Notes: generated by a model not told the origin, from the sequence alone. Counted from the first letter of the whole stretch, positions 13,576 to 25,949 are shown. The stretch: DNA of 63,872 nucleotides, filler included, from Sphacelaria rigidula (GCA_964200075.2; 11 parts of 11 records of this genome joined end to end with filler, not necessarily neighbours in it); one strand, 5' to 3'. Translations and numbers: made by a program.

Positions 13576-16500
13576 ATGGCGGACAATGAGAGTATCCGTG
13601 CGGTACTTCAGTTGTGTACAAAATTTGATGGCAGAGGCAAGGCTAGTTTCCGAGAGTACCAAGACAAACTACGGGTGATCCTCTCCCTCCATCATAATGC
13701 GGTCGCAGAAATTCTGCAGGGGCGGCAGAGATCCGCACGCACCGTAATTGGTGATGAACCGTCAACCCGTGATACGGTAGCTTCACTGGCGTGGAATCGC
13801 GCAAACAATGACCTGTTCAGCATCTTATTTTTCACCACCGAGAAATCAGCGAACAATACCATGAGACGTTTCATGTGGAAACCCCAGGAGGATGGGGTTG
13901 GTAATGGCCAAGCAGCGTGGGTAGCGCTGCAAGAAAAATATGACGGCAACACAAAAGAGGCACGCAGGGAATTCCATGGTAGACTCCACAATACGACGAT
14001 GCAGTCAGGGGACGATCGGGAAGATTTTTTGTTCATCATGGATGGCTACCGTGACCGTCTGGAGGAAATGGGGCAGTCCGTGCCTGACGAATGATATGAG
14101 GATATTATCCTTCGAGCCCTACCTGCCGAGTACGATAGGGTCCGCATTGCTAGCTGTGAGAGGCGTGATATTAATTTGTCGGACCTCAGATACATGGTCA
14201 GCACCATGCATGCTGACTACCTTTCACGACCGGGCGCCACCAATGCAGGCTGCAGGGTTGCTATGCAGGCTAGTGGACGGAATGATGGCAGTAAAAGAAA
14301 TCAAGTAACATGCCACCACTGCGGAAAGCAAAGCAATATTAGGAGAAATTGCCCCGCCCGTGCGACCCGAGCACTGACAGGGGGAAACGGTCAGGACGGG
14401 GGAAACAATGGGAATGTAGGCAAGTGGTGCTCTTTTCACAACTCAACAACTCACAGCCAAGAAGAGTGCCGTTCCTTACAACAGCGCAACCAGCAGACAG
14501 CCAATTTCGCACCATGGTCAGGGTGTCCCCCAGCCACCGGTACAAGGGAGCATCCTCCCGCCATCTCCTTCAATGCCCTGGGGGCACCCAAAGCGAACCA
14601 TCCGCAAGCGGACAAACCCTGGCCTTTGGCTCCAACCAACAAACCCGTTGCTTCTTTTGACAGCAGCGGCCTCTTCGGCGCCTTCGGAGGGGCCGACGGA
14701 GAGGAGGCCGCGGGTCCGGGGTTCTGGCGCAGAGCTCGCAACCTACTGCGGGGGATCAGGGAGACATTTTCCTCACTAGTGCGCGCGCTGTCCGTAATGG
14801 CCGTAGTCCACTACGTCTGGTTGATGTTCGGGAACTCATTATATCCCCGGGTCACGTCGAACCTCGACGACACGGCCGAAACATTTGGCGGGATCATCGA
14901 TGCTGATGATGGGACGGCTCTCGCGGCAGGACCCGCTCTTGACAAGTGGACTGAGAGTAGCAATAGCCATCCATGTCAGTGTCATAGTAGACAGTGGTGC
15001 GTCGGGACATTACTTTGACGACACCCTCATCCCGGGGCTACGGTATAAACTCCACAACTACCAAGAACTGGCGACCCCGCGTACGATCACCACCGCAGGG
15101 GGGCATCACCTGGCAGGGGTTGGTAGAGGATTGCTCCACGACCCCATCCAAGACGGCGAAGGGGTCAAACGCCTGGTTCAGATTTCGTGTTTGGTCGTGC
15201 CTGGCTCGGGGCGGAACTTGTTCTCCGTCAAACAAGCGACACGAAATGGTGTTGTGTCTATTTTCGGCATGAACAACCCAAGACTGGAGACAAACAACTT
15301 CACCGTTCCGCTCCAGGAACTGGAGAGCGACCTGTATTTCTTCTCTCTGGAACTAAGCAGCGGCAACGACGCATCTGGACTGGCTTTGCAACCTGCAGAC
15401 GCTGCCACGCTGTGGCATCGGAGGATGTGACACTTGAACAGCAATAGTTGGAATCTTCTCAAAAACGTCGGAAGCAACGGGGTGGATTAGTCGTTCCGGA
15501 CTGCGATATTTGTGCCGTTGGGAAAAGTCATCAACTGGCCTACCTGAAGACAGCCAACAACAAAGCGCAACGCGCTTTTCAACTAGTCATGACAGATTTG
15601 ATGGGACCAATCATGCCGGAAGCGCTGGGAAGCTTCAAGTACGTCTACAGATCTCCCATGAGTATACCAGATGGACAGATGTTTACCTTAAAAAAACCAA
15701 GGACGGCATTCTTCATGCATTTCAGTCCTACGTACAGTCAATGGTCATTCTTGGCGGTGTTCGGGTCGAACGACTAAGGGCAGATAAAGGCAGTGAGTTC
15801 ATCGGCAACGAGTTCAAGTCGTACTGCCGACAGACAGGCATATTGCTAGAGTTTGCAAGAGACCAATACACCACAACAAATCGACCTGTCAGAACGCGTA
15901 GGAAGAACGCTTGCAGCCATGGTCCGGTGCATGCTTGCTGACAGTGGTTTGCCGACTTTTCTCTGGAGGGAATTCATGTTCACAGCGGTCTATCTTGCAA
16001 ACAGATCACCGCATTCGGCGCTTGACATGCAGTCGCCTCATAAGATGCTGAAGGGGACAGAACCGGGTCTCAAACATCTCCGAGTCGTCGGAGCCAGGGC
16101 TTCCGTACATATCGAGCGGCATACTTCGAAACTTGCTCTCAAAGCAGTTGAATCACGACAAGTTGGGTACAGTAATGACAGTAAGAGCTACCGAGTCTAC
16201 AACCCGGCCACGCGACGTATCATTGAGAGCAGGAACGTCGTCTTCATCGAGACTCCGACACACCTTACCCCGATGGGAGAGCCACAACTTCGGATACATC
16301 CATTTTCACTTGGTGACCAGGAATGCAACAACAGAGAGGGCCACAATTGCGTCACCGACGACGACTTCTTCCGTGATCGTCGCGACCACACCTCCGTACT
16401 AGCTCAACCGGTTCACACCTCCGTTGATCATATCACTGCCAGCGGGATTTTAACGATCCACAGATGACCGAGCTTCTGGAGAGAATCGGCGCCATCACCA

Positions 16501-17348
16501 AGCGGGACATGCTGCACGACGATGACACACCTCGTGAAGAGACGTCGCCAACAGCATCACCGGAGAGCTGTGCGCCGCTGGAACAACCTGCACCCCCTTC
16601 TCGGGACGAAGTTAGCCAGTCCACATCATCAGCCGAATCACCACTGCTCGACCGCTCTCGACACTCTCGCCATCAAGTAACTCCCGCCGTGACGCGCGCA
16701 GGCACTGTAGCGCGCTCCTTCAGGGAACGCAACACCAACAACGACGGCGTAGCTTCTGTGCACCTTTCAGCCACTGTGGACGACAAAATGCTCTCCGAGC
16801 TACGGCGACTGCAAATACACACCATCGCGCTCCTACCAGATGTCGTGCACCAGACTTTTGGGGCGTAATCAGTCGTGGAGTACGCCTACACAAGTACCAA
16901 CCTCTCGAGCTGTTCAGTGGGGGAGAAAACCGGAAGAATCCCAAACACGTTCAATGAGGCCATGAGTCTCCCCGAAAAGGAACAATGGAAGGCGGCATCA
17001 GATAAGGAGATGAATAGCCTAAGAAGAAATAACGTGTAAACTCTCGTGCCGTCAAGCTCCGTCCCAACTGGACACAGGTAAATCGGGTCCCGATGGGTGT
17101 ACAAGAAGCAAGCGGATTCCTCGCACAAGACCCGAGTCGTCGTGCAGGTTAGGGACAAGTCACTGGCGTCGACTGTGGCAGCACTTTCGCACCGGTCTGC
17201 AGGATCCAAAGCATCCGCATGGTATTAGCTGTAGCGGCGGAGTATGACTTGGAGTGTTGGCAACTGGACTATAACACCGCCTTTCTGAACGCCGAACTCA
17301 AGGAAGAAGTTTACGTCAAAATGGCGCCAGGATACGTGGAGTTTGACG
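13576..17348 (+). mobile_element. Degenerate Ty1/Copia LTR retrotransposon gag-pol (Gag, protease, integrase, 5' part of RT), truncated by the contig end
   Basis: Gag MADNESIRAVLQL...AAWVALQEKYDG; zinc knuckles CHHCGKQSNIRRNC and CSFHNSTTHSQEEC; protease VIVDSGASGH; pre-integrase LWHRRM; integrase CDIC, TDLMGP, RLRADKGSEF, TPQQIDLSER, GYSNDSKSYRVYNP; RT PNTFNEAM...WKAASDKEMNSL, SRWVYKK, QLDYNTAFLNAELKEEVYV. Order PR-INT-RT is Copia-type. Several stops and frameshifts (e.g. 14092, 15428). Confidence 0.97.
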
Positions 17349-17448
17349 NNNNNNNNNNNNNNNNNNNNNNNNNNNNNNNNNNNNNNNNNNNNTTAATTAA
17401 TTAANNNNNNNNNNNNNNNNNNNNNNNNNNNNNNNNNNNNNNNNNNNN

Positions 17449-19865
17449 CACACAGCCCGTAGCCATCGTTCAAGCCATCGCACGGTGCAAACGGCCTCGT
17501 AGCGGTCGAGAAACGCGCCTGCTGCACAGTGCCAAAAAATACCGCCAACCGACTGGAGGTGGACATGAGCTATCATGTCCAAGTCGCGATTTGGAGATAG
17601 CTCATGTCCACCTCCAGCGAGTGGAATGCCTATCCACGACACTTCCTACGATAGCCCCCCCCCCAAAAACCAGCTAAAAGAGTCACGAAAAAAATGGCCA
17701 TAAAGCGCCTGATGTTCGGGTTGAGGCTGTATGAAGCGCCTCATATTGGCGACATTGGCTAGAACGAACCCAAGCGTGGCAATTCCCAGCTTCTCGTTGT
17801 GCTCGGCTTTTTCCATTTCGATTCACGTCAAGATTCCCAAAACCATGCACTTTTATGGGGGGGGCTATCGTGGAAAGTGTCCCGCGCTCGTCTCATGTGC
17901 CTTGTATCGGCACTTCAGCACCTGATATACACTCACACAGTCCGTAGCCGTCGTTCAAGCCATCGCACGGCGCAAACGGCCTTGTAGCCATCGAGAAATG
18001 CGCCGGCTGCACAGTGCCAAAAAATACCGCCACCCGACTGGAGGTGGACATAAGCTACCATGTCCACCTCCAGTGAGCGGAAAATCTGTCCGCGCTCGTC
18101 TCATGCGACTTGTATCGACACTTCAGCACCTGATATACACTCACACAGTCTGTAGCCACCATTCAAGCCATTGCACGGTGCAAACGGCCTTGCAGCGGTC
18201 GAGAAACGCGCCGGATGCACAGTGCCAAAAAATACCGTCACCCGACTGGAGGTGGACATTAGCTACCATGTCCAAGCCGCGAGTTGAACATGGCTCATGT
18301 CCACCTGCAGTGAGTGTAAAATCTGTCCGCGCTCGTCGCATGTGACTTGTATCGACACTACAGCAGGTGCAATATACCTACACAGTCTGTAGCCACCGTT
18401 CGAGCCATCGTGGGGTGCAAACGGCGTCGTAGCGGACAAGAAACGCGCCTGATATACACAGTGCCAAAAAATACCGCCACCCGACTGGAGGTGGATATAA
18501 GCTATGTCCAAGTCGCGATTTGGCGAGTTGGACATAGCTCATGTCCAACTCCAGCGGGCGGAGTACCTGTCCGCTCTCGTCCCATGTGCCTTGCATCGAC
18601 ACCACAGCAGCTGCAATGCACTCATACATTCCGTAGCCACCGTTCAAGCCATCGTGGGGTGCAAACGGCCCGGTAGCGTAGGAGAAACGCGCCTGCTGCA
18701 CACAGGGCCAAAAAATACATCTGCACCAGACATCGCATTATTTGTCAAAAACGCGACTTAGGTAACTTGGACATGAGCCATGTTGGCTGGAGGCATGGGA
18801 GCATGTAATCATGTGCTTGCGATAGATAGCGGTCGCGTCGTAGACAAGAAGACAAACAGGTGATTGCCGCTAGTACGTTCCACCTGCATTGTTCCGCGAT
18901 GCACTGAGGTCTTAGCCAGCGCGATTAGCATGTATCTACATACAGGCTTCAGTGTTCAATAAGCTAGAAATGTACACACTGCTCAGCTGTCTCGCGTAGC
19001 ACGTATCTACGTACGCTGCCCGTGTAATCCGGGGCTGTTGGGTACGAAGTGCGGATAACGTGTACCAGCCGCGAAGATGGCTCCGTGAATCGACCCTTCC
19101 TTCGTCGCACCGGCGATGTCCTCGACACAAAACGGGTGGGTCGATTTCCCGGGTTGTAGGAGCTGCGAGGAAGAAGTTCAATGTTGTATATCTAGCCCCA
19201 AAGGCTACAGCATCGTGATACTGCTCCCGCGTGCTTTAGCTTTGCATCCCACGATGGCTTGAGCGGTGGCTACAGGCTGTGTGAGTATATTGCACCTGCT
19301 GTAGTGTCGATACAAGTCACACTCGACGAGCGCGGACAGATTTTCCACTCGCTGGAGGTGAATATGAGCCATATTAAACTCGCGGCTTGGACATAGTAGC
19401 TTATGTCCACCTCCAGTCGGGTGACGGTATTTTTTGGCACTGTGCAGCCGGCGCGTTTCTCGACCGCTACGAGGCCGCTTGCGCCGTGCGATGGCTTGAA
19501 CGATGGCTACGGACTGTGTGAGTGTATATCAGGTGCTGAAGTGTCGATACAAGTCGCATGAGACGAGCGCGGACAGGCATTCCACTCGCTGGAGGTGGAC
19601 ATAAGCTATCTCCAAATCGCGACTTGGACATGATAGCTCATGTCCACCTCCAGTCGGTTGACGATATTTTTTGGCACTGTGCAGCAGGCGCGTTTCTCGA
19701 CCGCTACGAGGCCGTTTGCACCGTGCGATGGCTTGAACGATGGCTACGGGCTGTGTGAGTGTATCCCGGATGTTGTGGTGTCGATGCAAGTCACATGAGA
19801 CGAACGCGGGCGGGTAGTCAAATTCCAGCTGGAGGTGGACATGAGTTATGTCCAAGTCGCGACTC
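17449..19865. repeat. Foldback structure: about 5 tandem 208-244-bp units (17449-18720), a ~520-bp spacer, then about 3 inverted units (19245-19865)
   Basis: Marker cag(t/g)gccaaaaaatac near 17527, 18011, 18219, 18459 and 18703; its reverse complement near 19430 and 19668. Units contain an internal hairpin ctggaggtggacat...atgtccacctccag. Confidence 0.9.
17638..17881. mobile_element. 244-bp MITE inserted into a foldback repeat unit; partial second copy at 23265-23429 (opposite orientation)
   Basis: TIRs GACACTTCCTACGATAGCCCCCC / GGGGGGCTATCGTGGAAAGTGTC. It interrupts the unit motif gcctgtccgcgctcg with a 4-bp ccac/ccgc duplication. Confidence 0.85.
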
Positions 19866-20731
19866 GGAAATAGGATACCCTATTACATATTGTCGTCCCC
19901 TCGTCCTGAAAAATATATATTTTCCATTTGATTGGTGTTGTAAAATATCCAACTGGCATTTCTCAGACGTATGTCAAAAGCTCGCTCTCTCTCAGCGAAG
20001 TCATAGGTCGTACCATGCAACTCCAGAGGTCACGGATCACGGACCTAATGGACTGATGACTCTAAGGTGGATCCCAAACACACTGAGGTAGCCAATATGA
20101 AAACATACCGTAACGCCCTTGTAGCTTCTTCATAACGGACCGCCCTGATGTGTATTGGACTTTTTGTTCCGTTCGATATTCAACTCTGGTAGTTTTGGAG
20201 TACTGTACTTGCAGACGCATTGTATGGGGACGGACAAGTCTGTGATACTCGCTACCCTATCAAGCCTCCGTTTTGTGCGACCCGAACCAATTGTTAACGT
20301 TGTGAGCTTAGCAAAGCCCGTTTTCATATCAAAATATCGCCATATTTTTGTGTTCGTGCATTTGGATTGAAATAGCGGCGTAACTTGTGCCTGTTCGTGA
20401 AAGTAGCAAGGATACCACATACCACATAGACACCAAATGAAACAAGCAGCAGTCCTGAGCTCTGAACCATAATTGACCTGCTACTACTGGGTCATTGCGC
20501 TACCTGGTTGCTTCGGATCATGGTTGTTCCAATCCTGCAGATGTTCCGCTAAATCTATAACCATTCTTTGGAACGGTTGGTATTGCAGGCAGTTTAACTG
20601 CGTATGCACGCGGGTACTGTAGTAACGCCACAGTATTTTGAGACCCAATGCCGAACTTCCCGTTTCCCTCAAAAACTGAAATCTTTGAAGGCTGTACTGT
20701 ACGACTGGCGTGTCTGAGGGCGCGTGTCTTC

Positions 20732-21208
20732 GACCAACTTTTATGGCAACCAATCCGTATTTGTACGAATATGAGGATTTCAGCCCGTCTACAGGCGATT
20801 TTCTTCCGTGGATTGATTTTTTGGACTCTAGTTTGTTGGGTAATGTTTTGCGGCTAGCTTTGCATGAGGACAGAAGATGAGGAAACCAGATCAATCATCC
20901 GATTCTCTGGACGCTGACTTTTGGTTCCTCACCTTTCTGCTCAGATCGGGACACTCCTGTATCTCCCCTGATTTGGGCCCACGATCCGGGGGAGATGTGG
21001 AAGTGTCCCGATCTGAGCAGAAAGATGATGAATCAAAAGTCAGCGTTCAGAGAATCGGATAATTGATCTGGTACCCTCAAAGCTAGCCGAAAAACATTGC
21101 CTAATGAACTGGGGCCGAAAAACCAATCCACGGGAGAAAACCGCCTGTAGACGGGCTAAAATTTTCATATGTTTGCACAAATACGGATGGTTGCCATAAA
21201 AAGTGGTC
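20732..21208. mobile_element. ~475-bp almost fully palindromic MITE/foldback element
   Basis: The left arm (gaccaacttttatggcaacc...ctgctcagatcgggacact) pairs with the right arm (agtgtcccgatctgagcag...ggttgccataaaaagtggtc) over about 220 bp around a short loop. Confidence 0.85.
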
Positions 21209-21254
21209 TTTAGTACATTTTTCGACCCACGAAGTGCGGTGAATGGAGAAGATT

Positions 21255-22172
21255 TTTTTCGATCTGTTAGGTCCACTGCATTTCTGTCCCTAGTTGGCTT
21301 CAACTTTTCTTGTAGCTAGTGGCGCGCAGAGAAGAACTAAAAGACAATATAGCGAAGCTTTTTCGATCGAAAATATGCGGTTGAAAAGCACGAAGGAGCA
21401 CTTGACACCTACCTTGAAAACCATCACGCCAGATACCACTTGCTGACACAACCATGAGAACTCCATATAACTCATTCTCGAATACCACCGCAACCCTGCA
21501 GCATAGAGCACGACTCGAGCACAGGAATAGCTACATGACAGTAGTTGGGTATATGCTTCGTTTACTTTTTGTTGGCGAAAAGTTGAGCATCTTCTGTCAT
21601 GGTAGGGATCAACGACGGAACTGCGTGGTAGGGAGGGCAAATGAGTTGCGTACACGCTCATGGACAGTGCAGGCAGTACAAAGCTGCACGTTGTGCAAGT
21701 CCTTTTCATACTGCATTCTTAGCAGAGGGAACAGATAGTCCTGACCTTTCTGCACTGCATGTTGCCCGCTTCTCGTTCACATCCTAATGTACAAAATATA
21801 CACACACGCCGTCAAGACACTGTATACAAACAGTGCAGATAGTACAGAATGCCTGTACGTTACTGCATACAATCTCGCCATGTACCGCTTCACGAATTTC
21901 ACTCTCTTTTTCGATCGAGAAGTTGAAGATTCGCTTCGCCCCAACCAGGGAAAATGAAGGAATTCCGCTCAAATCAATTTTACCGCCCCCTTTTTTCGAT
22001 CGAAAAATAGGGGCGGTGAAGAAGAAAATTTCGATCTAATAGGTCCACCGCATTTTTTTCCTCGTTGCCTTCATCTATTTTTATAATTAGTGGCGCGCGG
22101 AAAAGAAGTAGAAAACCATAAAGCTAAGCTTCTTCGATGGAGAACATGGAAAGGCACGAAGGGGCACTTGAC
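21255..22172 (+). repeat. Two diverged ~150-bp direct copies (about 21255-21406 and 22028-22172) of a repeat associated with TTTTCGATCGAAAA palindromes
   Basis: Shared tttcgatct..taggtccac.gcattt...tagtggcgcgc.ga.aagaa...gcacgaagg.gcacttgac. Confidence 0.7.
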
Positions 22173-22322
22173 CTTGGTCCATCAAGTCAGTTCCAGCAAT
22201 GCCAAATAAAATCAATACAAAAATACCAAGACAGCTAAGGCTCTCTTTTTTCCCGCAGCCTGCTGGAGTAGCGGTGTATAGTTCACGTAGCTCGCCTCAC
22301 TAGCCCAGTGTCAGCTGTGCGA

Positions 22323-22670
22323 TCAAGTAGCCTCACTCGGCTAGTGTGATATCAAGTGACTTAGATAAACTATACTCACATGGAGTAACTTGCCTCAGCT
22401 AACCCTCAATCAAGTGACGTGACTCACTTGTACTCAGTTCAAGTAACCTGCCTCCCTACTCTAAGATCAAGTGATTTGTCTCGGCTAGTCCAAAATGAAG
22501 TGACGTGGTTGACCTATATTCAGTTCAAGTACCTTGCCTCAGCTAGTCTAAAACCGTGTGACTTGTTTAACCTATCCTCTGATCAGGCTATTTGCCTCAA
22601 CTAGCCTTGAACCAAGGGGCGTGGTTCACCTATACTCAGCTCAAGTAATTTGACTCCTCACTCTCAGATC
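22323..22670 (+). repeat. Degenerate 29-bp minisatellite, about 12 units
   Basis: Units begin TCAAGT(G/A)AC at ~29-nt spacing, e.g. tcaagtgacgtgactcacttgtactcagt and tcaagtaccttgcctcagctagtctaaaa. Confidence 0.8.
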
Positions 22671-22744
22671 GAATCATATGTTCAATACAGGAAGTAGTGT
22701 GTATGGAGGTTCATACAGGATTTGGTAAACTGCCCCCCCCCCCG

Positions 22745-22872
22745 ATGGGGTTGGCGTCGGTTGGTGATGGCGCTGTGAAACACGCCACTTACGGCGCAAG
22801 CTAGGCAACCAGGTTACCGATTGTTTTGCGCGCTTGCATTTTTTTTGCGGTAACCATGAGGGTAGTCGAGCG
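22745..22872 (+). repeat. Dispersed repeat; reverse-complement copy at about 31140-31272
   Basis: Shared acacgccact..aagctaggca.ccaggttacc...cggtaaccatga.ggt.gtcgagc in two different contigs. Confidence 0.7.
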
Positions 22873-24649
22873 AGATCATGGTGTGTGGCGTGGGAGAACC
22901 TCAACTCCGCACAATGGGGATGATCGTACTACATAGTGCTGAAATGGTGAGACTCCCGTGAGGCAATGTACAAGCTGTGGCTGTCTCTGCAGGTGGCGAA
23001 ATCAGACAATGAAGCAGCTCATTGGAGGCTGTCATCCAAATGCGCGATAACCAGTAGGATTCGGGCGGAACAACCTTAGCAGGATGCAGCTCACTCTTCG
23101 TGCGACCCGCCGCACACACCACGGCGCTTCGCCCTTGGTGATTGAGTGCGAGCCTGGTGCGGCGNNNNNNNNNNNNNNNNNNNNNNNNNNNNNNNNNNNN
23201 NNNNNNNNTTAATTAATTAANNNNNNNNNNNNNNNNNNNNNNNNNNNNNNNNNNNNNNNNNNNNAGCACAACGAGAAGCTGGGAATTTCCACGCTTGGGT
23301 TCGCTCCAGCCGATGTCGCCAATATGAGGCGCTTCGTGCAGCCTGAACCCGAAGATCAAGCGCTGCATGGCCATTTTTTCCGTGACACTTTTCGCTGGTT
23401 TTTGGGGGGGGGCTATCGTAGAAAGTGTCGCTATCACGGCTCTAACTCTCTGTCTGTTGTTTTCACCCCTTTCTTTTCCCTTCCACATTGCATCGCCCAT
23501 ATATAACGTCCATAGATTCTGCCCCCCCCCGCCCAGTCGGGGCGGGGGGGGCCTCTTTTAGACCTAGTCATATATTTATATATGAAAATATATGTGCTAA
23601 AATATATATGATCCTTATATTATATATTATATATAAATATGTAAATGAGAAGAAGCAAACATACACCTCGCAAACCCACCAAACGTTTCGGATTTTGTCA
23701 ATGTTCATTGATCAATTTCTTGCAACAAAATTAAGAGGAAAAACAAAAATCAGGATAGTTTTGATTGTCGAAAAAACGCCCTTCGGCATCTGAGGTCATC
23801 GGGACAGAACGGGCAAGGAGCAGGAGCAGATATACGAACCCCACAAAGCCCATCAGACTTTTCGGTTTTTGTCAGCGTTCAGTGATAAATTTCTTGAAAC
23901 AAAATTATTAACAGAAATAATCAAAACAGTGTTTAGTGATCATTTCCTTGTGACAAGAAAAAAATCGAAAAAGTCATGACAATTTTAGAAAAAATGCCCT
24001 CCTGGAGGGAGGGGGGGAGGGGGGGGGGGCTACGTGTCCCGAATTTGTTTTTCGACTGCCCCTTGGGTCAAGTCGTGCGTGTATGTATGTCCGTTTTCTA
24101 GATAGAAACAGGTGCGAGAACAGGTACGGGAGAAAGTAAGGGGAAGGAAAACAAAAACGTCCGCGCGGAAGACGTACTATAAATTGTATTTCGAACATAG
24201 AGTTGGATCCGTAACGCACGTACAAGAGTTGGTAAGTGAAACGGGAGGCGACCCACATAACAAAGAAACGAATGGACATAACTCGCCAAACGAATGGACA
24301 TAACTCGCCATACGGAGTGCACAAAGACAAGTAGCGGTGAATGGGTTGAATAGGAAAACGTCCACGCTCTCGCTGTGGTCCTACGATGTAAGAAAGAGAA
24401 CGGTCTCACGCACAGTACAGCGGAATTTTGAGAACTTCTGAACGGCAATCCGCGAGTGGCTGGTAACCACTGATGGAGCGAGTGGTTGGTAACCACTGAA
24501 AATGAAATAAAGCAGTTCGAAGCGGTACATACATATAGACATGGATATTTACCGATGCCGCGGCATCGAACACGGTGTTTCTGGGAACTCGTGAAAAGAC
24601 CGTGAACGTCGCACATAGGGTGCGAGAACTGTAGGGAGAGATTGAACAG

Positions 24650-24863
24650 TAGTGGGTCGTCCTCCCGAAGACGTCACACCTACATATGACTCACCTATCG
24701 GTATTGGACACGAGGGTCAAAGGGCGCTTAAAAGTCGATTTGGTCGCGGCGTCCTCCGGAGGGCTGAGGTTGTCCGCAAGGCCCTTGCGCTCCTCCAGGG
24801 ATTCGACGGTATCCTGTACGTCGAGAGCTCATGTCTACTTCCGGGAGACTCATACGTGGAAAC
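24650..24863 (+). CDS. Internal exon, possibly the N-terminal (GRIP1) region of a gamma-tubulin complex component (Spc97/Spc98 family)
   Basis: ...VLRRAEVVRKALALLQGFDGILY resembles the E..LVRE.L..LQG.DG.Y GCP motif. Donor AC|GTGAGT is phase-compatible with the exon at 25570. Confidence 0.45.
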
Positions 24864-25569
24864 GTGAGTCCGGAAAAGTGCAAATAACGAAAGCCCCTGG
24901 TCGAACAACCGGGGCGTGTAGACTGACGACGGAACGTGTCTCAACAGATGACTATTTTGTCTCTGTTTTCCTGTGGAAAACAGGGGATGAAATTGAAAAG
25001 TGAGGAGAGAGGCTGCTCTCTGACAAACCTGTCTTTTTATCTCATGACGTACTTTGTAAAGTTTACATCTTCATCAAATGACTCTATTGATAATACCGCC
25101 AAATTCCTCCGGAGGGGTGCGCGGCCCTCCGGGTCGGTAAAGTTTGGTTTTCTCCAGAGGGGTTGAAGGCCTCCGGAGGCTTGTTTTCCCCCTGGAGGGC
25201 CACGAATCCCTCCTGAGACATTTTGGGGTGTAGCCAAATGGCCGCGTGTGGGGTTCTAAATTTAAATGAACGGCTCGGATTTTGCAAGCGCGTTGCACTA
25301 CAGTACAGTAGTATCCTTCGACAGCCCCACCGTGAAACCGGTTCTCAACACAGCCACGGCGGAAGTGGCCATACAAGGCGTGATGGCTGGGTCAGACTGG
25401 ATGAAGCGCCTCGCATGGACAGTACTAGCGAAACAACCCCAAGCGTGGGACTGACCCTTACCCCCGTTGTGTGTGCGTGCAGAATTATTGTGGGACATCC
25501 ATTTTATCCAACTAACGACTGTACTGTAGTGACGCTGTTGTACTCGGGTGTGCTGATATATCTCAGCAG

Positions 25570-25722
25570 ACTGCTGAATGATGCTGCGTTTCAAAGATCG
25601 CTGGCGTCTGCCGCCGCATTGGATCGTTTCGCTGACGGTGCTCGTCGCCGGCGCAACAGTATGAAGTCTCTCTCAGATACTCAACAAGAGGCGCTCGAAA
25701 CCTCGACGACTAGTCCAAAGAA
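25570..25722 (+). CDS. Next internal exon of the same gene (LLNDAAFQRSLASAAALDRFADGARRRRNSMKSLSDTQQEALETSTTSPK)
   Basis: Acceptor ctcagcag|, donor AA|GTATGC, open frame in the phase predicted by the upstream exon. Confidence 0.45.
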
Positions 25723-25949
25723 GTATGCTTTCAGCATGCTTTGTCACGTATTTTGTAGCGCTTAGACACAGGCCCTGCTCGGAAGATGCCGCACAATGAC
25801 GGTGGTTTTCTGTTGTACTGCTCAGTCGTCATTCTTGCGCTGCTGTGCAGAAACTTCTGGGTTAGAACTACATGGTCAAAACCGGTTGCGAATCCCGATC
25901 CTTTTGGACGAAACAAATGAGCTTTCGATGGTTAGTTGGACCTCACCCA

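Noticed and set aside
13576..17348. RIP-like or methylation-driven C-to-T mutagenesis of the Copia element
   Set aside because: The visible stops appear to arise from mixed substitution types, and this cannot be tested without a family consensus.
17449..18720. CRISPR-like array or repeat-protein ORFs (17998-18761, 19529-20091)
   Set aside because: Whole units are homologous with no spacers, unit lengths vary without preserving frame, and the short ORFs on both strands are by-products of the repeat.
22323..22670. CRISPR array
   Set aside because: The units are contiguous and degenerate, there are no unique spacers or cas genes, and the context is eukaryotic.
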